A program made the translations under genes and the position numbers. A stretch of 63,143 bases of DNA, the filler included, from Reticulomyxa filosa (lineage: Eukaryota > Protista > Foraminifera): NCBI GenBank assembly GCA_000512085.1. It is 15 parts of 15 records of this genome, joined end to end, with 100 filler letters (N's around TTAATTAATTAA, not from the genome) between each part and the next. Parts side by side here need not be neighbours in the genome. Positions count along the whole stretch, not along the records: positions 53,743 to 63,143 come from ASPP01019627.1; 14 more parts are not named here. One strand, given 5' to 3'. The notes below the pieces were generated by a model, which worked only from the letters and a program-made list of their open reading frames with translations, had not been told where the DNA came from and did no database searches. Shown piece by piece: positions 60,546 to 63,143 of the stretch. Every line of letters begins with the position of its first letter. Position 1 is the first letter of the stretch.

Positions 60546-63143
60546 TTAAGTAACTGAAGCAATTTGGTCAATTTTGGCTTTAAACTCAGATGCATTTTCA
60601 AGCATTTTCAAACAAGCATCCATATTATAACGTTTTAATAATTGTCCCGTAATTTTAGCAGTGTTGTTTGGATAGTATTTGAATACCGAGGCAAATACTT
60701 TGTCACCAATTTTTGGGTCAATGTTGTTGATGACAGTTGAATTAGTGTCGGAAATGTATAATGTTTCAAGTGAGGCGGTTAATGTCCGATCGACATCATC
60801 CACGTTTTTGTTATTGGCATGGGTTTGATTGATAACCATTGGATCAAATAATTTAATTGAGTTTCCATTTTGATTAAATCCCAGAGCGATACCATTATTT
60901 GAATGCATACCAACCTGACCTGGACTTGAAGGCAATTGCGTTTGTAAATCCAGCACTTGTTGAGAACCAGGAGACAAATATCGTTGGGTTTTGTTTCCAG
61001 TGTTTGGAGGTGCCATGTTCGGTACTTTGTTGGTCGAAAGTGTAGAAGGAGCTATATTCGCAAATGATGTCGATCCAGTGGAAATCACGGAAGAGTATTC
61101 ACTCCCACCACCAGGGGAAAAAAACAATGGATGATTAGGCATTCCGAATTTTGGCACTGTTACACCTTTTTAAAAAAATTGGAGAGTTGATTCACATGTG
61201 CACATACATTTTTTAAATCATTTCGAAAATGAGTACATCAATTACTTACCTGGAGGGTTGAACTTACCAATAGATTGAATCGGCTCTGTGGTGCCATTGC
61301 TCGTTGTTGTCATTGTTTGTGATCCACTACGAATTGAGTCTTTAAGTACGCTATCTGTTGTTGTTTTTTTGTCTTTTTCCCTTAATAACCAAAAAGTATC
61401 TTTTTCAGATATACGAAAAATAACCTTGAGAATTCATTAAATTCAGTTTGGGTTGACTTGTCTTGAGTGAAGTCAGTTCCTTTTGATTGACAAAAAGCAA
61501 TGACGAGTTATCCAAAGACAATGGATGATTACTTGGAGTGAGAGATTCGGATGCTTGAGTTTGCAATGGCAATGTGTCTCTTTGTGTGTCCATTACTTCT
61601 TCCAGAGGATTGTCCATGTGAATATTGGACGCCAGTTGCATATACGATGCGAAATCCGCTGTTATGTATATATGTACACTTTACAGCGAAGACCCACGAT
61701 CGCAATCAATATGCACAACGTGCACATTAGATTCATTCGAGAGAAATATTTTTTTAAAAAAAGCATGACTCAACAATTTGGCAAACTTGTTTTGCCTGTG
61801 GAAGGCTGTGGCATGTTGTATGAGCCATTGATCAAATCGAGAGGAACGCCTTGAATGTTGTTCGACAAATATGGATAAGGAGCACCTACGCTGCTACTTC
61901 CATAATAACTAGCATTGGGAGTATTGCTCGTTGTTTCTGTGGATGGAACTGCAGTTGTGTTTGCATTTATATCCGAGGTCGTCGTATTTCCAACGGTAAA
62001 ATCGTAGTAGGGATATCCCATCGATGCTTGATATGCATACATAGCAGGGTCCATCATTCCATACGCTGTTCAAAACATTTCATTTATTTATTTCATACAT
62101 TTTTACAAAAAAAAAACACGAAACTTTGTGACGATTGAAACAAGTCTGAGTTATTGATTAAATGAGGATGATTGGGCATTCCGACATTTCCCAAGTTTAG
62201 GCTGGTCGAAATATTGTGATGAAAGTCATTGCCGATAGGATGACCATTTACAGTATTATTAAAATGCTGTTGTGGATATTTGGATCTATTGTTGCTATTG
62301 CTGTGGATGCTTTTATTACGTTCCATGCCATTGTTCGGATTGGCATAGTGACTGTTATTAAGACGATAGTTTTTTCGTCCTCGACGACGCCCCATAAACG
62401 CATTTCCATTTCGATTGCTTCCACCCATGCTCCCTGGCGTCGAAGTGATTCCCGTGCCTGTTGTCGGGATTGCAGAATCGGCCATGCCAGCATTCGAGTC
62501 GATCAACTCATGAAAATTACTTCTTTGTTGAACGTGGTTATGATTGTGACTGTGATTGTGATTGTGATTGTGATTATAATTGTGTTCTTTGCGTCGATTA
62601 TGACCTGGAAATGTGTTCCACATATCATCGGTCATGACATCAGAAAGATTATTATCATGTCCTGATTGTCCATGCATTTGATGCTTGGCCGCTTCCAATA
62701 GCACCGCTGTCATGCCTTCGTCTTCGATCATTCTTACAGATGAGTTGTCGTCTGCTTCATCCATACTTCGAGCACGAAATCCAATTTTTGGTTGAAATGG
62801 ATCTCTTTTGCACACATTGGCAATATGTTGTTTTTTTAAAATTGTATTCTTTCTCTCAATACATAAATAGAAATACAAACGAGTTGGCTAATTTCGCGAG
62901 CAAAGGTCTTTGAGAACCAGAAATGAGCTTTCCATTGAGCTCTCGAATGGCTTGTTGAGCATTTTCAGGTTGTCTAAAACGAACAAACGCAACACCATTT
63001 TCACGCACACGCGTGCATGTCAATTGTCCAAAAGGGCTGCACAATTCGGTCAAGTCTTTCTCCGTGAAGTTTTGCGGCAAACAACGCAGATACACATTAT
63101 TCGTATTTTTGTTCATTATCATTTCCACGTCCTTTTCGCACAA
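60546..63143 (-). CDS. RRM + long disordered linker + C-terminal MLLE (PABC) domain protein (5' truncated)
   Basis: RRM NVYLRCLP...GVAFVRF...PLLAKLANS; MLLE-like KIGDKVF...TAKITGQLLK...MLEN..FKAKIDQ. Confidence 0.85.

Overview
This window is not one locus. It is about 15 short AT-rich eukaryotic contigs joined by 14 artificial 100-nt linkers (N44-TTAATTAATTAA-N44). The short introns full of poly-A/T and (TA)n runs, the expanded WD40 and Kelch families with decayed copies, the NACHT-HEAT gene and a divergent alpha-tubulin suggest a foraminiferan such as Reticulomyxa filosa (inference, not a database result). Recognisable genes: MTHFR, ARP2, a CaMK-type kinase, a mitochondrial sulfurtransferase, a SINA/Siah E3 ligase, a double-SAP protein, a STRA6-like protein, a CRD-less Frizzled/Smoothened-like receptor, an RRM+MLLE protein, a DysF-Vps62-PH protein, alpha-tubulin, and MCM2, HDHD3, WD40 and Kelch pseudogenes. 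Top candidates for novelty: (1) an intronless NLR-like gene (NACHT-HEAT-ankyrin) with no N-terminal effector but a putative His/Asn(Asp)/Gln/Cys protease domain at its C-terminus, whose Cys motif lies in a frame missing from the ORF track; (2) a protein with 15/19-aa amphipathic Trp repeats followed by an apparently nested ladder of seven His and seven CC-x-GC zinc-binding half-motifs; (3) a TA-flanked CAGT...ACTG palindromic MITE. Exon boundaries were read by eye and are approximate. Several frameshifts sit in homopolymers and may be sequencing errors.
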